A DNA stretch of 53,048 nucleotides from Gemmatimonadales bacterium (GCA_035759585.1 DASTUP010000249.1:1-53048); one strand, 5' to 3'; shown: positions 41,639 through 51,086, counted from the stretch's first letter. The notes: generated by a model not told the origin, from the sequence alone. Numbers and translations are program-made.

Positions 41639-42660
41639 AGGAGCTTCGCGAGCGGAAACCGGCCGCGCTGCGCGAGCAGCGGCTGCCAGAGGTCGCCGAG
41701 CTCGCGCACGCGGGCGGGGACGGTTTCGATGGTGAAGTCATCCATGCGGAAGCCGCGCTCCAATTCGTCCCAGGTTACCGGCGTCGAGACCGTCGCGCGC
41801 GGCTTGGGGCGCACGGAATAGACCGAGGCGAGGGTGCGGCCCCAGGCATTCTGGTTGTAATCCACGAGCACCCGTCCATACGGGCGGTCCGCGATGCGGT
41901 ACTCCGCCGTGATCAGGCCGGGATGCTTGCGCTCGAGCCGCTTCGCGAGCGCCTTCGCGAACGTCCAGACCGCCTTCTGGAGCGGCCCGCGCTCGATCGG
42001 GACGTAGACGTGAACCCCGCTCGAGCCGCTCGTCTTTACGAGCGGCGTCATGCCGTATTCCTCGAGCGCCGCGCGGACGATGCGAGCGGTCTCGAGCACC
42101 TTGCCGAGTCCTGCGCCATCTCCGGGATCGAGATCGAAGTGGAGATACCAGGGCCGGTCGGGGTCGTCGCAGGTGCCGTACCATTGATTCAGGTCGATGC
42201 AGCCGAGGTTGATGAGCCAGAGCAGCGACGGCACGTCCTGCGCGAGCGGGAAGGCGATCAGGCTCTTCGACTTGTGCATGATCGAGCAGGTCTCGACCCA
42301 GTCGGGGCGATGCTCTGGTGCTCGCTTCATGAAGAAGAATTCGCCGGTGATCCCGTGGGGATAGCGCTTCATCGTGATCGCCCGGTCCCTGAGATGCGGA
42401 AGGATCACATGGGCGACGTCGGCGTAATACTGGAGCAGGTCACGCTTCGTGTAGCCCTCCTCGGGCCAGAAGACCTTGTCGAGATTGGTGAGATCGAGAT
42501 CCTTTCCGCCGATCCTGAGTGTGGCGTCCTTCGCGTCCCGGGGGATTGCGACATGGGGAACGGGACCGGCTGACGCGCGGCGCCGCGGTGAGGACTGCGC
42601 CCCCTTCCTGGCGGGACGCTTTGCCGCGGCGTCACGCGTCGCCTTCTTCTTTACGGCCAT
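41635..42660 (-). CDS. LigD polymerase/primase-domain protein (NHEJ archaeo-eukaryotic primase fold)
   Basis: FWPEEGYTKRDLLQYYADVAHVILPHLRDRAITMKRYPHG, HFDLDPG and KTSGSSGVHVYVPI are the characteristic LigD-Pol motifs. Confidence 0.85.
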   Translation of the reverse strand: MAVKKKATRDAAAKRPARKGAQSSPRRRASAGPVPHVAIPRDAKDATLRIGGKDLDLTNLDKVFWPEEGYTKRDLLQYYADVAHVILPHLRDRAITMKRYPHGITGEFFFMKRAPEHRPDWVETCSIMHKSKSLIAFPLAQDVPSLLWLINLGCIDLNQWYGTCDDPDRPWYLHFDLDPGDGAGLGKVLETARIVRAALEEYGMTPLVKTSGSSGVHVYVPIERGPLQKAVWTFAKALAKRLERKHPGLITAEYRIADRPYGRVLVDYNQNAWGRTLASVYSVRPKPRATVSTPVTWDELERGFRMDDFTIETVPARVRELGDLWQPLLAQRGRFPLAKLL

Positions 42661-43274
42661 CAGCTGCCTCCGATCCGTGCGGCGCGTGGGCCGCGCCGGA
42701 TTGCGCCTGCCACCGGCTGGTAATCGAGCTCCGTGCCCTCGCGCGAGGCCCTCAGGAGCAGTGCGCCGCGGCTCATGTCCCCGCGTCCGACGAACTGAAT
42801 CGGGAAGAGGAGCCGCTCGCCGAAGATCGCGAGAAGCACATCCACGTACTTTCCTGTCGCAATGCTGCCCAGCAGAACGACCGATGTATCGGGCTCGCCG
42901 GCAACTGCGGCCGCGTCTCTCGCGAGCGGCTCACGGTACCGCTCCTCGTCCGCGCGGATGTCCACGGTGCCGAACTCGCGCAGGTCGGACACGGTGATGG
43001 CCGTGTCGGCCGGAACGAGCCCTCGATTTGCCGTGATCACGAGCGCACCGGACCGTCCCGGAACCGGTCGTCCGAAGCGGGAGGCGTAGGCGAGCTTCCC
43101 CCTGAAGTAGAGCCCGCTCAGAAAGCTGAATGCCTCGCCGAGCGTCACTCCCGCCGGCGAGCGCAGCCGCTCGGCGAGCGGGAAGGTCGCCTGCTCGTTC
43201 ATCAGCACCTGCGCGCGCTTCCCTCCACAGTGCGCCGGGGAGAGGAGGAAGACGCGGTGTCGCGGGTCGGCCAT
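42660..43274 (-). CDS. Uncharacterised conserved-looking protein, first gene of the LigD-Pol/ligase operon
   Basis: 204-aa ORF (RVFLLSPAHCGGKRAQ..., VVLLGSIATGKYVDVL, FVGRGDMSRGALLL) with alternating beta/alpha-like character. Its stop shares one base with the Pol start (TGATG). I recognise no family. Confidence 0.55.
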   Translation of the reverse strand: MADPRHRVFLLSPAHCGGKRAQVLMNEQATFPLAERLRSPAGVTLGEAFSFLSGLYFRGKLAYASRFGRPVPGRSGALVITANRGLVPADTAITVSDLREFGTVDIRADEERYREPLARDAAAVAGEPDTSVVLLGSIATGKYVDVLLAIFGERLLFPIQFVGRGDMSRGALLLRASREGTELDYQPVAGAIRRGPRAARIGGS

Positions 43275-43391
43275 CGGTCATGGTAGCCGGTGGCTCCCGG
43301 GTCCGGCGGTGCCGGCGGTCACGCTCGCAGAAGAAAGCCGCAGCCACATCGTGGCGGCGGCTTTCGCACTCGCGCGCGGTCGCTCGCTGAA

Positions 43392-44837
43392 TCAGGGCAA
43401 TGCGCCGACCGCCCGGGCCACGTTCAGCCGGCCCTTGCCGTAGAAGGGATCGGTGCCGGCCTGCCCCAGGTCGTCCGCGGTGTCCTTCAGGTGATCCTGA
43501 ATCGCAGCTGGATTCCGGCCGAGGGTCGGCACGAGCATCGCGGCGGTCCCGGCGACGTGTGGCGAAGCCATGCTCGTCCCGCCGAGCCCGACCACGAAGG
43601 TTCCGGTCCTGCAGATCGGGATCAGCATGCTCGTCCGCGAGCACGCCGCCCAGACGGCGCCGGCGGTCGTGCCACCGGGAGCGGCGAGGTCGATCGCAGA
43701 CCGCCCGAAGTTCGAGTATGGCGCAATCGCATCGACGTCGGTCCACGGTCCGTTCACGCCACCGGCGCTCGTCGGTCCCGTGGCGGAAACGCAGATTACG
43801 CCCGGCGCGTTGCAGTACGTCGAATAGACGTTGCGGTTGTGATCGAGGTCGGACGCGGCATTGCCGGCGGCGACTACGACCGTCGTGCCCTTCGATGCGG
43901 CATAGTTGAAGACGTCGTTGATGAGCCCGACGAACGTACCGTTGCCCGGCTTCGCAAAGCCGCCGCCGAGACTCATGTTGACGATGTCGGCGCCGTTGTC
44001 GGCCGCGTAGAGCACACCCTGCAGCACGGAGCTGAGCGGGCAGATGTTGAGATACGCGCAGACCTTTACGGCCACGAGCTTCGTCCGCGACGTCACCCCG
44101 GCGGCGGCGAGCGCGTTGCTGCTGACCGTGGCGGCGACGTGCGTTCCGTGATAGAAGAGGTCGGTGAACAGGTCGCTGCCCGGGAAATATTTCCGTACGG
44201 TATCGGCCTCGGTGAACGGCACGATCGTGGGGGTTTCCCCGACCAGGACCTGGACGTTGAATGTGCCCAGCAAGTCGATCGACCTGTTTCGATCGACGAG
44301 CCCGGACAGGTCGGCGTGCGTGTAATCGATGCCGGTATCGAGAATGTAGGCCGTCACCGAGGAAGAGCCGAGCTCGCCTGCGGCCCAAGCTGTCTGGGCT
44401 CCGACGGCGCGGAGGTGCCATTGCCTGGGGAAGAAGAAGGCCGTCTGGGGAGCGGCTGGACTTTGCGGGGCGCTCGCAGCAGCCATTTCGGGTGTGGCGG
44501 ACTGGAGCGGCTCGTCCATTGCGATCGCGGGATCGTCGATGATGAGCGCGACGTCCTTGCGGCCGGCGAGCGCATCCCTCCCACTTTCGTCGAGGCCGCT
44601 GAGCGCGGCGAGTCCGGCGCCGGTCCAGTCGACGCGGCCACCAAGGGCTTCGACCTTCCGGTTGAAATCAGCCAAGGCCGTGCCGGAGAACTTCACGAGA
44701 TGGCGGCCGGTGGTCGGGGTGGAAGCGGCGCCTGCGGCAAAGGCGGGAGCACCATCGGAATTCGGCTCGGCACTGTCTGCGCAGGCGGCGACCGACGCCA
44801 CCAGGGCAAGCGCCGTGAGCTGCTGCAAGTAGCGCAT
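43392..44837 (-). CDS. S8-family (subtilisin-like) serine peptidase lipoprotein, paralog 1
   Basis: Lipobox LVASVAAC and an I9-like propeptide. Catalytic triad context ILDTGID (Asp), HGTHVAAT (His) and GTSMASPHVAG (Ser). Confidence 0.9.
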   Translation of the reverse strand: MRYLQQLTALALVASVAACADSAEPNSDGAPAFAAGAASTPTTGRHLVKFSGTALADFNRKVEALGGRVDWTGAGLAALSGLDESGRDALAGRKDVALIIDDPAIAMDEPLQSATPEMAAASAPQSPAAPQTAFFFPRQWHLRAVGAQTAWAAGELGSSSVTAYILDTGIDYTHADLSGLVDRNRSIDLLGTFNVQVLVGETPTIVPFTEADTVRKYFPGSDLFTDLFYHGTHVAATVSSNALAAAGVTSRTKLVAVKVCAYLNICPLSSVLQGVLYAADNGADIVNMSLGGGFAKPGNGTFVGLINDVFNYAASKGTTVVVAAGNAASDLDHNRNVYSTYCNAPGVICVSATGPTSAGGVNGPWTDVDAIAPYSNFGRSAIDLAAPGGTTAGAVWAACSRTSMLIPICRTGTFVVGLGGTSMASPHVAGTAAMLVPTLGRNPAAIQDHLKDTADDLGQAGTDPFYGKGRLNVARAVGALP

Positions 44838-45052
44838 AGGGGGCTCGCTGCTGAGGGATTTTCTTTCGGGAGAACACCTGCCGTTGCGAGTTACGTGAGC
44901 TGTGAGCTGCCACGCGGCCGGGAAGCCGGAACTGCGGAGTGCACCTGCGATATAGGAGGATGGTTTCCCGACCGCAAGCGGCCGGGTCGAATACCAGACC
45001 GGCGGGGCGGGTCACGCCCCGGCGGTTCGGTGCATTCGAAGCGACGCCAGGG

Positions 45053-46513
45053 TCAGGGAATGACGCCGAGCGCGCGGGCGATGTTCAATCGGCCCTTGCC
45101 GTAATACGCATCCGTTCCGCTCTGACCCAGATCGTCCGCGCTCTTCTGCAGGCGCGCGTGAATGGCGGCGGGACTGCGCCCGAGCTGCGGGACGAGCATC
45201 GCGGCGGCGCCGGCCACGTGCGGAGCAGCCATGCTCGTTCCGCTCGAGCCCACCACGAAGGACTTGGCTGTCTGGCACACTGGAATGATGAGGCTGGTGC
45301 TGGAGCACGCCGCGTGGACGAACGTGCTGGCGGCCGGTGATGCGTTGAGGTTTCCACCCGGGGCTGCGACGGCGATGACGGACCGGCCGAAGTTCGTGTA
45401 CGTAGCGGGAGCGTCCTGGCTCGTCCAGGGGCCGTTGATGGCCGCCTGGTTCGTCGGGCCGGTCGCGGAGACACAGATCACGCCGGGTGCATCGCAATAG
45501 GTCGAGAAGGTATTGCGGTCGTGGTCGAGGTCGGTGGTGTCGTTGCCGGCGGCGACGACGATGGTGGTGCCGCGCGAGCGCGCGTAGTTGAAGACCTGAT
45601 CGATGATTCCCACGAGCTGGCCTCTGCCGGCCTTCGCGAAGCCGCCGCCAAGGCTCAGGTTGACCACATCGGCATTGTTGTCCGCCGCGTAGATGATGCC
45701 GTTCAGCACCGAGCTGAAGGGGCAGATATTGAGGACCGAGCAGACCTTGACTGCGACGAGCTTCGTCTGCGACGCCATGCCTGCGGCGGCGAGTGCGTTG
45801 CTGCTGATCGTCGCGGCGACGTGCGTCCCATGGTAGAAGAGGTCGGATGTGGCGGCGCGGCCCGGGAACAGCTGCTGGATCAGGGCCGCCTCATTGAATG
45901 GAACCTGAACGCCGCCGTCGTCGACCAGGATGGTCCCGAGAAGGTCCTTCGAGAGCGACAGATCGACCCGGCCGGCAAGATCGACATGCGTCTCGTCGAT
46001 CCCGGTATCGAGAACGAACACCTTCACGGCCGACGACCCCCGGAATCCCGCGGCCCACGCCTGATCCGCTCCGACCGCGCGAAGGTGCCACTGCCGCGCG
46101 AAGAAGAAGCTGGTATTCGGCTGCGACGGCGACGCGGGTGCGGACCCGGGGAGCTCCGCCTCTCCCCGGCTCCCCTGCGGCAGGTCGAGGGCGAACGCGA
46201 CGTCGTCGAGAATCAGCCTGACGTCCTTCCGGCCGGAGAGCCTGCGGCGGCCATCGACGTCGAGGCCGCTTACCGTAGCCAGGCCGGCACCGGTCCACTC
46301 GACGCGACCACCCAGCGCTTCGACCTGCCGGGCGAAGTCGGAGGCGGGTTGCGGTCCGAACTGGATGATGTGACGGCCGGTAGGGACATCCCCTCCCGCG
46401 GTCGTGGATCCTCCGGCAAACAGCGGTTCGCTTTCGGCCGTGGGCACGCCGCTGTCCGAGCATGCGGCAACTGCAGCGACCAGGAGCGTCAGGACGACGG
46501 TTGTCAGGCGCAT
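45053..46513 (-). CDS. S8-family serine peptidase lipoprotein, paralog 2
   Basis: Lipobox LLVAAVAAC. VLDTGID, HGTHVAAT and GTSMAAPHVAG. It is collinear with paralog 1 over its full length. Start at ATG 46513. Confidence 0.9.
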   Translation of the reverse strand: MRLTTVVLTLLVAAVAACSDSGVPTAESEPLFAGGSTTAGGDVPTGRHIIQFGPQPASDFARQVEALGGRVEWTGAGLATVSGLDVDGRRRLSGRKDVRLILDDVAFALDLPQGSRGEAELPGSAPASPSQPNTSFFFARQWHLRAVGADQAWAAGFRGSSAVKVFVLDTGIDETHVDLAGRVDLSLSKDLLGTILVDDGGVQVPFNEAALIQQLFPGRAATSDLFYHGTHVAATISSNALAAAGMASQTKLVAVKVCSVLNICPFSSVLNGIIYAADNNADVVNLSLGGGFAKAGRGQLVGIIDQVFNYARSRGTTIVVAAGNDTTDLDHDRNTFSTYCDAPGVICVSATGPTNQAAINGPWTSQDAPATYTNFGRSVIAVAAPGGNLNASPAASTFVHAACSSTSLIIPVCQTAKSFVVGSSGTSMAAPHVAGAAAMLVPQLGRSPAAIHARLQKSADDLGQSGTDAYYGKGRLNIARALGVIP

Positions 46514-46683
46514 TCGAGTCTCGCAAGGGCGGGAATGTTGGCGGTGCCGGCGGATACGCCGTACCCGGGGGAAGCTCACCGGTCATCGGTCAATCTCGCG
46601 TTCCGCCCTCACCCATGACTCAAACGATCGCGGAACCCGCCGCCTTCCATCTCCTCCCGATTCCCCCAATAATTCCGCCCCAT

Positions 46684-47613
46684 ATGAAGCTCAACCTGCG
46701 CAGGCACGGCCTCGACCGGTCGCGACTCGAGAAGAACGCTCATCTCGCGCCCCATACGACGTTCCGCATCGGCGGGCCCGCCGACCTTCTCTACACCGCC
46801 ACGAGCGCCGACGACCTCGCCGCCGCCATCACCGCCGCGCGCGACGCCGGCATTCCATTCTTCCTCCTGGGCCTCGGCGCCAACATCCTGATCGGGGACG
46901 GCGGTTTTCGCGGTCTCGTGATCCGGAATGCCGCCGACGCGCACGCCTGGAGCCCGGACGGTCTCCTCCGCGCGGAAAGCGGCGCGATCGTTCAGGACCT
47001 CGTCCTCGAATCCGCCCGGCTTGGCTGGTCGGGGCTCGAGCACTATATCGGCATCCCCAGCACGGTGGGCGGTGCCATCTGGCAGAACCTGCACTTTCTC
47101 TCGCCCGCCCCCGAGCGCGAGCGGACGATGTTCATCGCCGAGGTGTTCGAGTCGTGCGAGATCCTGTCGGCCGAAGGCGAGCGCGGGACGGTGAGCGCGG
47201 ACTACGTCAGGTTCGGGTACGACGACAGCGTCTTCCATCATCGCGCCGATTACGTGCTCGCAGCGACGTTCCGCCTGGAAAGGGCGGACTCCGCCATGCT
47301 CTATCGCATTCACCAGGAGAACCTGAGCTGGCGCGGCGCGCGGCATCCCTGGCTGCAGGTGCATCCGAGCGCCGGATCGATCTTCCGGAAGATCGAAGGT
47401 GTCGGCGCCGGACGGCTCGTGGATCAGTGCGGGCTCAAGGGCACCCGGATCGGCGGCGCGCAGATCTCCCACCTCCACGCGAACATCATCGTGAACCTCG
47501 GCGGTGCCTGCGCAGCGGACGTCCGCGCCCTCATTGCCCTCGCACAGGCAGAGGTCGAGAAGAAATTCGGTCAGCGGCTGGTCCCCGAGATCGGGTTCAT
47601 CGGAGAGTTCTGA
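46684..47613 (+). CDS. murB: UDP-N-acetylenolpyruvoylglucosamine reductase
   Basis: NAHLAPHTTFRIGGPADLL, FFLLGLGANILI and SAGSIFRK are MurB FAD-binding and C-terminal motifs. ATG 46684 is preferred, with 46615 as an alternative. Confidence 0.85.
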   Translation: MKLNLRRHGLDRSRLEKNAHLAPHTTFRIGGPADLLYTATSADDLAAAITAARDAGIPFFLLGLGANILIGDGGFRGLVIRNAADAHAWSPDGLLRAESGAIVQDLVLESARLGWSGLEHYIGIPSTVGGAIWQNLHFLSPAPERERTMFIAEVFESCEILSAEGERGTVSADYVRFGYDDSVFHHRADYVLAATFRLERADSAMLYRIHQENLSWRGARHPWLQVHPSAGSIFRKIEGVGAGRLVDQCGLKGTRIGGAQISHLHANIIVNLGGACAADVRALIALAQAEVEKKFGQRLVPEIGFIGEF

Positions 47614-47633
47614 GGATCGACCTGGATGATCAC

Positions 47634-47717
47634 GACGAAAGGCACCGAGCCAACTCGACATTCCGGATTCCGGCCAGGGAATCGGAAAGTCGGCTGATTC
47701 GGTGCCTTTCGTCTTTT
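47634..47717. terminator. Long hairpin / probable bidirectional terminator between murB and DUF4382
   Basis: Perfect 15-bp arms GACGAAAGGCACCGA (47634-47648) and TCGGTGCCTTTCGTC (47699-47713), followed by TTTT. The 50-nt loop has internal pairing (TTCCGGATTCCGG). Confidence 0.55.
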
Positions 47718-47764
47718 CGTCGTTGTTCTTTACGGGCCTTGCCGAGACCGTGGCCGCTGGTGCG

Positions 47765-48652
47765 TCAATTGACCGCCGTGATCGTGAAGGCCACGGTTTC
47801 CGTATCGCTCGATCCGATGGTAACGGTCTGCGGCGACACCGGATCCGTCGTCAGCGCCCCCGCGGCCGGCGTCAGGTGCACCTTGTAGCTCCCCGGCGCG
47901 AGAAAATCGAAGCTCGCCTCGAAGACGCCATCGGTATCGGCGTCGGTGAGCAGCACGGGCGTGCCTGCCGCAACGTCGCTTTCATCGGTCAGCGAGGCGC
48001 TGGCGGTTGCGAGGTCGAAGGTGACGCCCGTTGCGAGCTGCGCCGTCACGCCGATCCCGCCCGTGACGCCGATCTCACCCCCGCTGATGACCGGATGCAT
48101 GACCCACTGCCCTGATCCGCCCGCGTCGTGCCCGAAGCTCTGCTCCACGTCGAAGTCCACGAGAAGGATCTTCTCGTCTCCCTCCAGGTCGAGCGACCCG
48201 TCCGCGAGATTTACCTTGAGCCCCGACTGGCCGAAGCTGGGCATCTGCAGCTCGCCCGCGACCACCGCCCCTTCCGGAAGCCCCTCGTAATCGGGCGACG
48301 ACGCGAAGATGCTCGTCGTCCCGTCCTCATTCTCGACTTCGATGTAGCCGCCGGTGATGACGAAACGGAGCTGGCTGTAGGACCCGGAAGGCACGACCGC
48401 GTCCGCGACGAGATCCATCGTGGTGTTCGCCAGGGTGAGGAGATCCACGGTCACCGGGTCCTCGCGCAGGACGACGCCGCCCGATCCGGCGAGATTCACC
48501 TCGGAGATGGTCACGACGGCTGCGTGAAAGTCCCCCGGAGCGTCCTTCAGCTTGATGGTGAGGGACGTGGTCTCGCTGACACCGCCGTCGCACGCGCCGA
48601 GCGCGAGCGTCGAGACGAAGAGTGTGGAAAGCAGTTTGCGGAAAGCCGGCAT
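47765..48652 (-). CDS. DUF4382-domain lipoprotein, paralog 1
   Basis: Lipobox TLALGAC. LTIKLKDAPGDFHAAVVTISEVNL...YSQLRFVITGGYIE...LLVDFDVEQSF is typical of DUF4382. The C-terminal region is CarboxypepD_reg-like. Confidence 0.8.
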   Translation of the reverse strand: MPAFRKLLSTLFVSTLALGACDGGVSETTSLTIKLKDAPGDFHAAVVTISEVNLAGSGGVVLREDPVTVDLLTLANTTMDLVADAVVPSGSYSQLRFVITGGYIEVENEDGTTSIFASSPDYEGLPEGAVVAGELQMPSFGQSGLKVNLADGSLDLEGDEKILLVDFDVEQSFGHDAGGSGQWVMHPVISGGEIGVTGGIGVTAQLATGVTFDLATASASLTDESDVAAGTPVLLTDADTDGVFEASFDFLAPGSYKVHLTPAAGALTTDPVSPQTVTIGSSDTETVAFTITAVN

Positions 48653-48851
48653 GCGATATCTCCAATGCGGGAAGTCGTTCGGCGGCTCGACTGGCGTGGC
48701 GGCTCCCTGCCGCTTTAGCCTCGTGGCTTTGCGTCCCCTGCTTTCGCAGGGTTTGCCGTTATCGCGGCCCGAAGAAGGCTGCGTGAGGACACCTTGCAGA
48801 CCCCTCGGGCCTCCTGAAGGTCACAGGAGCTCGTCCTGGAGGGGATTCCGC

Positions 48852-49727
48852 TCAGTCCGACGCGGCCAGCTGGAAGTGCGCCCGGCTCGCCTTTCCCAAT
48901 CCGACTGATACGGCCGAGACCTGCGGCTCGAGTGCCCAGCCGTTGGGGGGCGAGAGCACGACCTGGTAGTCGCCGGGCGAAAGAAGGCCGAACATCGCCT
49001 CGAACACGCCATCCGAATCGGTGTCGGTGAACCCGTCAGCCACGCCGATCAGTGTGCGGCTCGCGTCGAAGAGCGACGCGGTGGCGCCATCGAGCGGAAT
49101 TGCCGAGTCGGCCGGACGCTCGAGGGTCACGCGAATCCCGCCCATCGATCCGAGCTCGGCGGCGGTGATGACCGGCTCGAATGCGACGTGCCCCGGTTCC
49201 GTCTGCGCGCCGAGGCTCCGGAGCGCATCGAGCTCGATGACGAGAATCGTCTGGTCCCCGCGGAGGTCGAGCGTGCCGCCCGCGAGGGTCACTGCCTGTC
49301 CCGATTCGGCCCACGCAGTGAGATCGAGCTGGCGGTCCACGATCGCCCCTGCAGGCGTCGCGACGTATTCGGGCGTCGAGTAGCGCGTCAGCGATCCATC
49401 GGGGTTCCGCACGGCGAGATACATCCCCCGCACATGCACGCGCAGCTCGTGGTACGGTACCGCCGGGACCGCGTAATCGTTGACGAGGCCGATCGGCGCC
49501 TGGTCGGGATCGAGCAGATCGATGACACGCGGCTGGTGCAGGAGCGGCACCGGCCCGTTCGGACCGATCAGGTCGATCCTGGTGACGGTCACGACGGCTG
49601 CTTCGACGCTTCCCGGCGGTTCCTTCAGGAGAACGGAGAGTGATGTAATGTCCGACGTGCCCGCCCGGCACCCCGCAAGGAGTGCTGCGGAGAGGACGGC
49701 CGACCTGCGGAAGTTGCGGCGTACCAT
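48852..49727 (-). CDS. DUF4382-domain lipoprotein, paralog 2
   Basis: Lipobox ALLAGC. LSVLLKEPPGSVEAAVVTVTRIDL...YHELRVHVRGMYLA...ILVIELDALRSL, with the same architecture as paralog 1. Start at ATG 49727. Confidence 0.8.
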   Translation of the reverse strand: MVRRNFRRSAVLSAALLAGCRAGTSDITSLSVLLKEPPGSVEAAVVTVTRIDLIGPNGPVPLLHQPRVIDLLDPDQAPIGLVNDYAVPAVPYHELRVHVRGMYLAVRNPDGSLTRYSTPEYVATPAGAIVDRQLDLTAWAESGQAVTLAGGTLDLRGDQTILVIELDALRSLGAQTEPGHVAFEPVITAAELGSMGGIRVTLERPADSAIPLDGATASLFDASRTLIGVADGFTDTDSDGVFEAMFGLLSPGDYQVVLSPPNGWALEPQVSAVSVGLGKASRAHFQLAASD

Positions 49728-49966
49728 TGCTATGACCTCATCGGGAAGAGCGCGGCGCATTCGCGCTGCCGCCGATTCCACCCTGCTGTTGCCTCGAAAG
49801 TCCCGGCCCTCTCCGGACCCGCTGCTCCTCGCGTCCCGTCATGCAGACCCTTGCACTCCCCGGTGGGGTCACACACTGGAGCCTGACGGTCCGGCGGTGC
49901 AGATTGGGGGTGACGGAGCCACCGGTGCGCCGGTGACGGCACTCCTCCTGACGGGGTCTGTAGATC

Positions 49967-50509
49967 GTGAGCGATGATGGCGCCATCGTCCGGCAGGTGC
50001 TCGCGGGCGATACCGACGCCTACCGCGTGCTCATCGGGCGGCACCAGGACCGGTTTGCGCGCTTCGCGTTCAGGATGCTCGGAAACCGGGAAGACGCGGA
50101 GGAGGCATTGCAGGACGCCTTCGTCAGGGCGTACCGGGCACTCGGGCAGTGTGCGGATCCCGACCGTTTCGACAACTGGTGCTTCCGGATTCTCGCGAAC
50201 CGGTGCCGGACACGGGGCGCACGGCGGGGCCGCTACGAGGCCACCTTCGTCCCCGACGAGCCCGCGCTCCAGTCGGCGGCCGACCCCGCCTCGACCAACG
50301 GCACCGGCCCGGAGGAGGCAGAGGAGGTCTACCGGGCGCTCGGCCTGCTCGATGAGGCGTCGCGCGAGTCGTTCCTCCTCAAGTACGTGGAGGAGCTGAC
50401 GTACGAAGAGATGGCCGAGATCACGGGGGACAGCGTGTCGGCGCTCAAGATGCGGGTCAAGCGCGCGTGCGATCGGCTGCGGCAGCTTCTGGAGGCGAAA
50501 CATGTCTGA
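49967..50509 (+). CDS. ECF-family RNA polymerase sigma factor
   Basis: Region 2 DAEEALQDAFVRAY and region 4 SFLLKYVEELTYEEMAEITGDSVSALKMRVKRA. GTG start. First gene of a four-gene overlapping operon. Confidence 0.85.
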   Translation: MSDDGAIVRQVLAGDTDAYRVLIGRHQDRFARFAFRMLGNREDAEEALQDAFVRAYRALGQCADPDRFDNWCFRILANRCRTRGARRGRYEATFVPDEPALQSAADPASTNGTGPEEAEEVYRALGLLDEASRESFLLKYVEELTYEEMAEITGDSVSALKMRVKRACDRLRQLLEAKHV

Positions 50510-51086
50510 CGAAATCCCTACCGGCGACGAGGCTCAGCTGCGCGACCCCGCGATTGCCCGCGTGGTCGCGTACGCGCGGGTTCCGGCGCAGGTGCGGGCC
50601 GATTTCGCTGACCGGGTCCTCGCCGATATCCGCGCCGGGGCGCTGGCGGTCGTTCCGGTCCGGCGGAGCGGCGAGCGCCGGCGCGTGAGCCGGCTCGCGC
50701 TTGCGGCCGGCATCGCCGCATTGATGCTCGGCAGCGCCTGGGCCGGCCGCATGACGGCGCCGCGCTCCGCCGAGCCGGCCGCGCTCGCTCCTGCCGCTCC
50801 CACGATCGCCGACGGGAGCGTCGTCCGTTTCGTCATCGCCGCACCCGGCGCATCCACCGTCGCGCTCGTCGGGGACTTCAACGCCTGGAACGTCGGCGCC
50901 ACGCCGCTCCAGGCCACCGAGCGAGAGGGCGTCTGGACCGTCACCGTTCCGCTTCCCGCCGGGCGCCACGAGTATGCGTTCGTGGTGGACGGCGTCCGCT
51001 GGCTTTCCGACCCGAACGCACCGCGCGCCGGCACTGCCGATTTCGGACCGGCCAACTCGGTCGTAACCGTGACGGGTCAGACGTGA
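50502..51086 (+). CDS. Single-pass anti-sigma-factor-like protein with an extracytoplasmic CBM48/AMPK-beta GBD-like domain
   Basis: It overlaps the sigma gene by 8 nt. TM segment LALAAGIAALMLGSAWAG. C-terminal VRFVIAAPGASTVALVGDFNAWN...GRHEYAFVVDGVRWLSDPNAP (glycogen-binding/E-set pattern). Confidence 0.65.
   Translation: MSDEIPTGDEAQLRDPAIARVVAYARVPAQVRADFADRVLADIRAGALAVVPVRRSGERRRVSRLALAAGIAALMLGSAWAGRMTAPRSAEPAALAPAAPTIADGSVVRFVIAAPGASTVALVGDFNAWNVGATPLQATEREGVWTVTVPLPAGRHEYAFVVDGVRWLSDPNAPRAGTADFGPANSVVTVTGQT

Noticed and set aside
40634-43274. I considered whether the 204-aa first gene of the ligase operon is Ku or the LigD phosphoesterase domain.
   Set aside because: It lacks the Ku N-terminal pattern (…WKG.ISFGLV.IPV…) and the PE-domain pattern (…VVQ.H.A..LHYDFRLE…), so it is left as unknown.
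42931-45104. 496-aa minus ORF (42931-44421) and 604-aa plus ORF (43290-45104) over the first S8 peptidase.
   Set aside because: They are out of frame with, or antisense to, the S8 gene, which has a complete Asp/His/Ser triad. The overlapping ORFs have no motifs.
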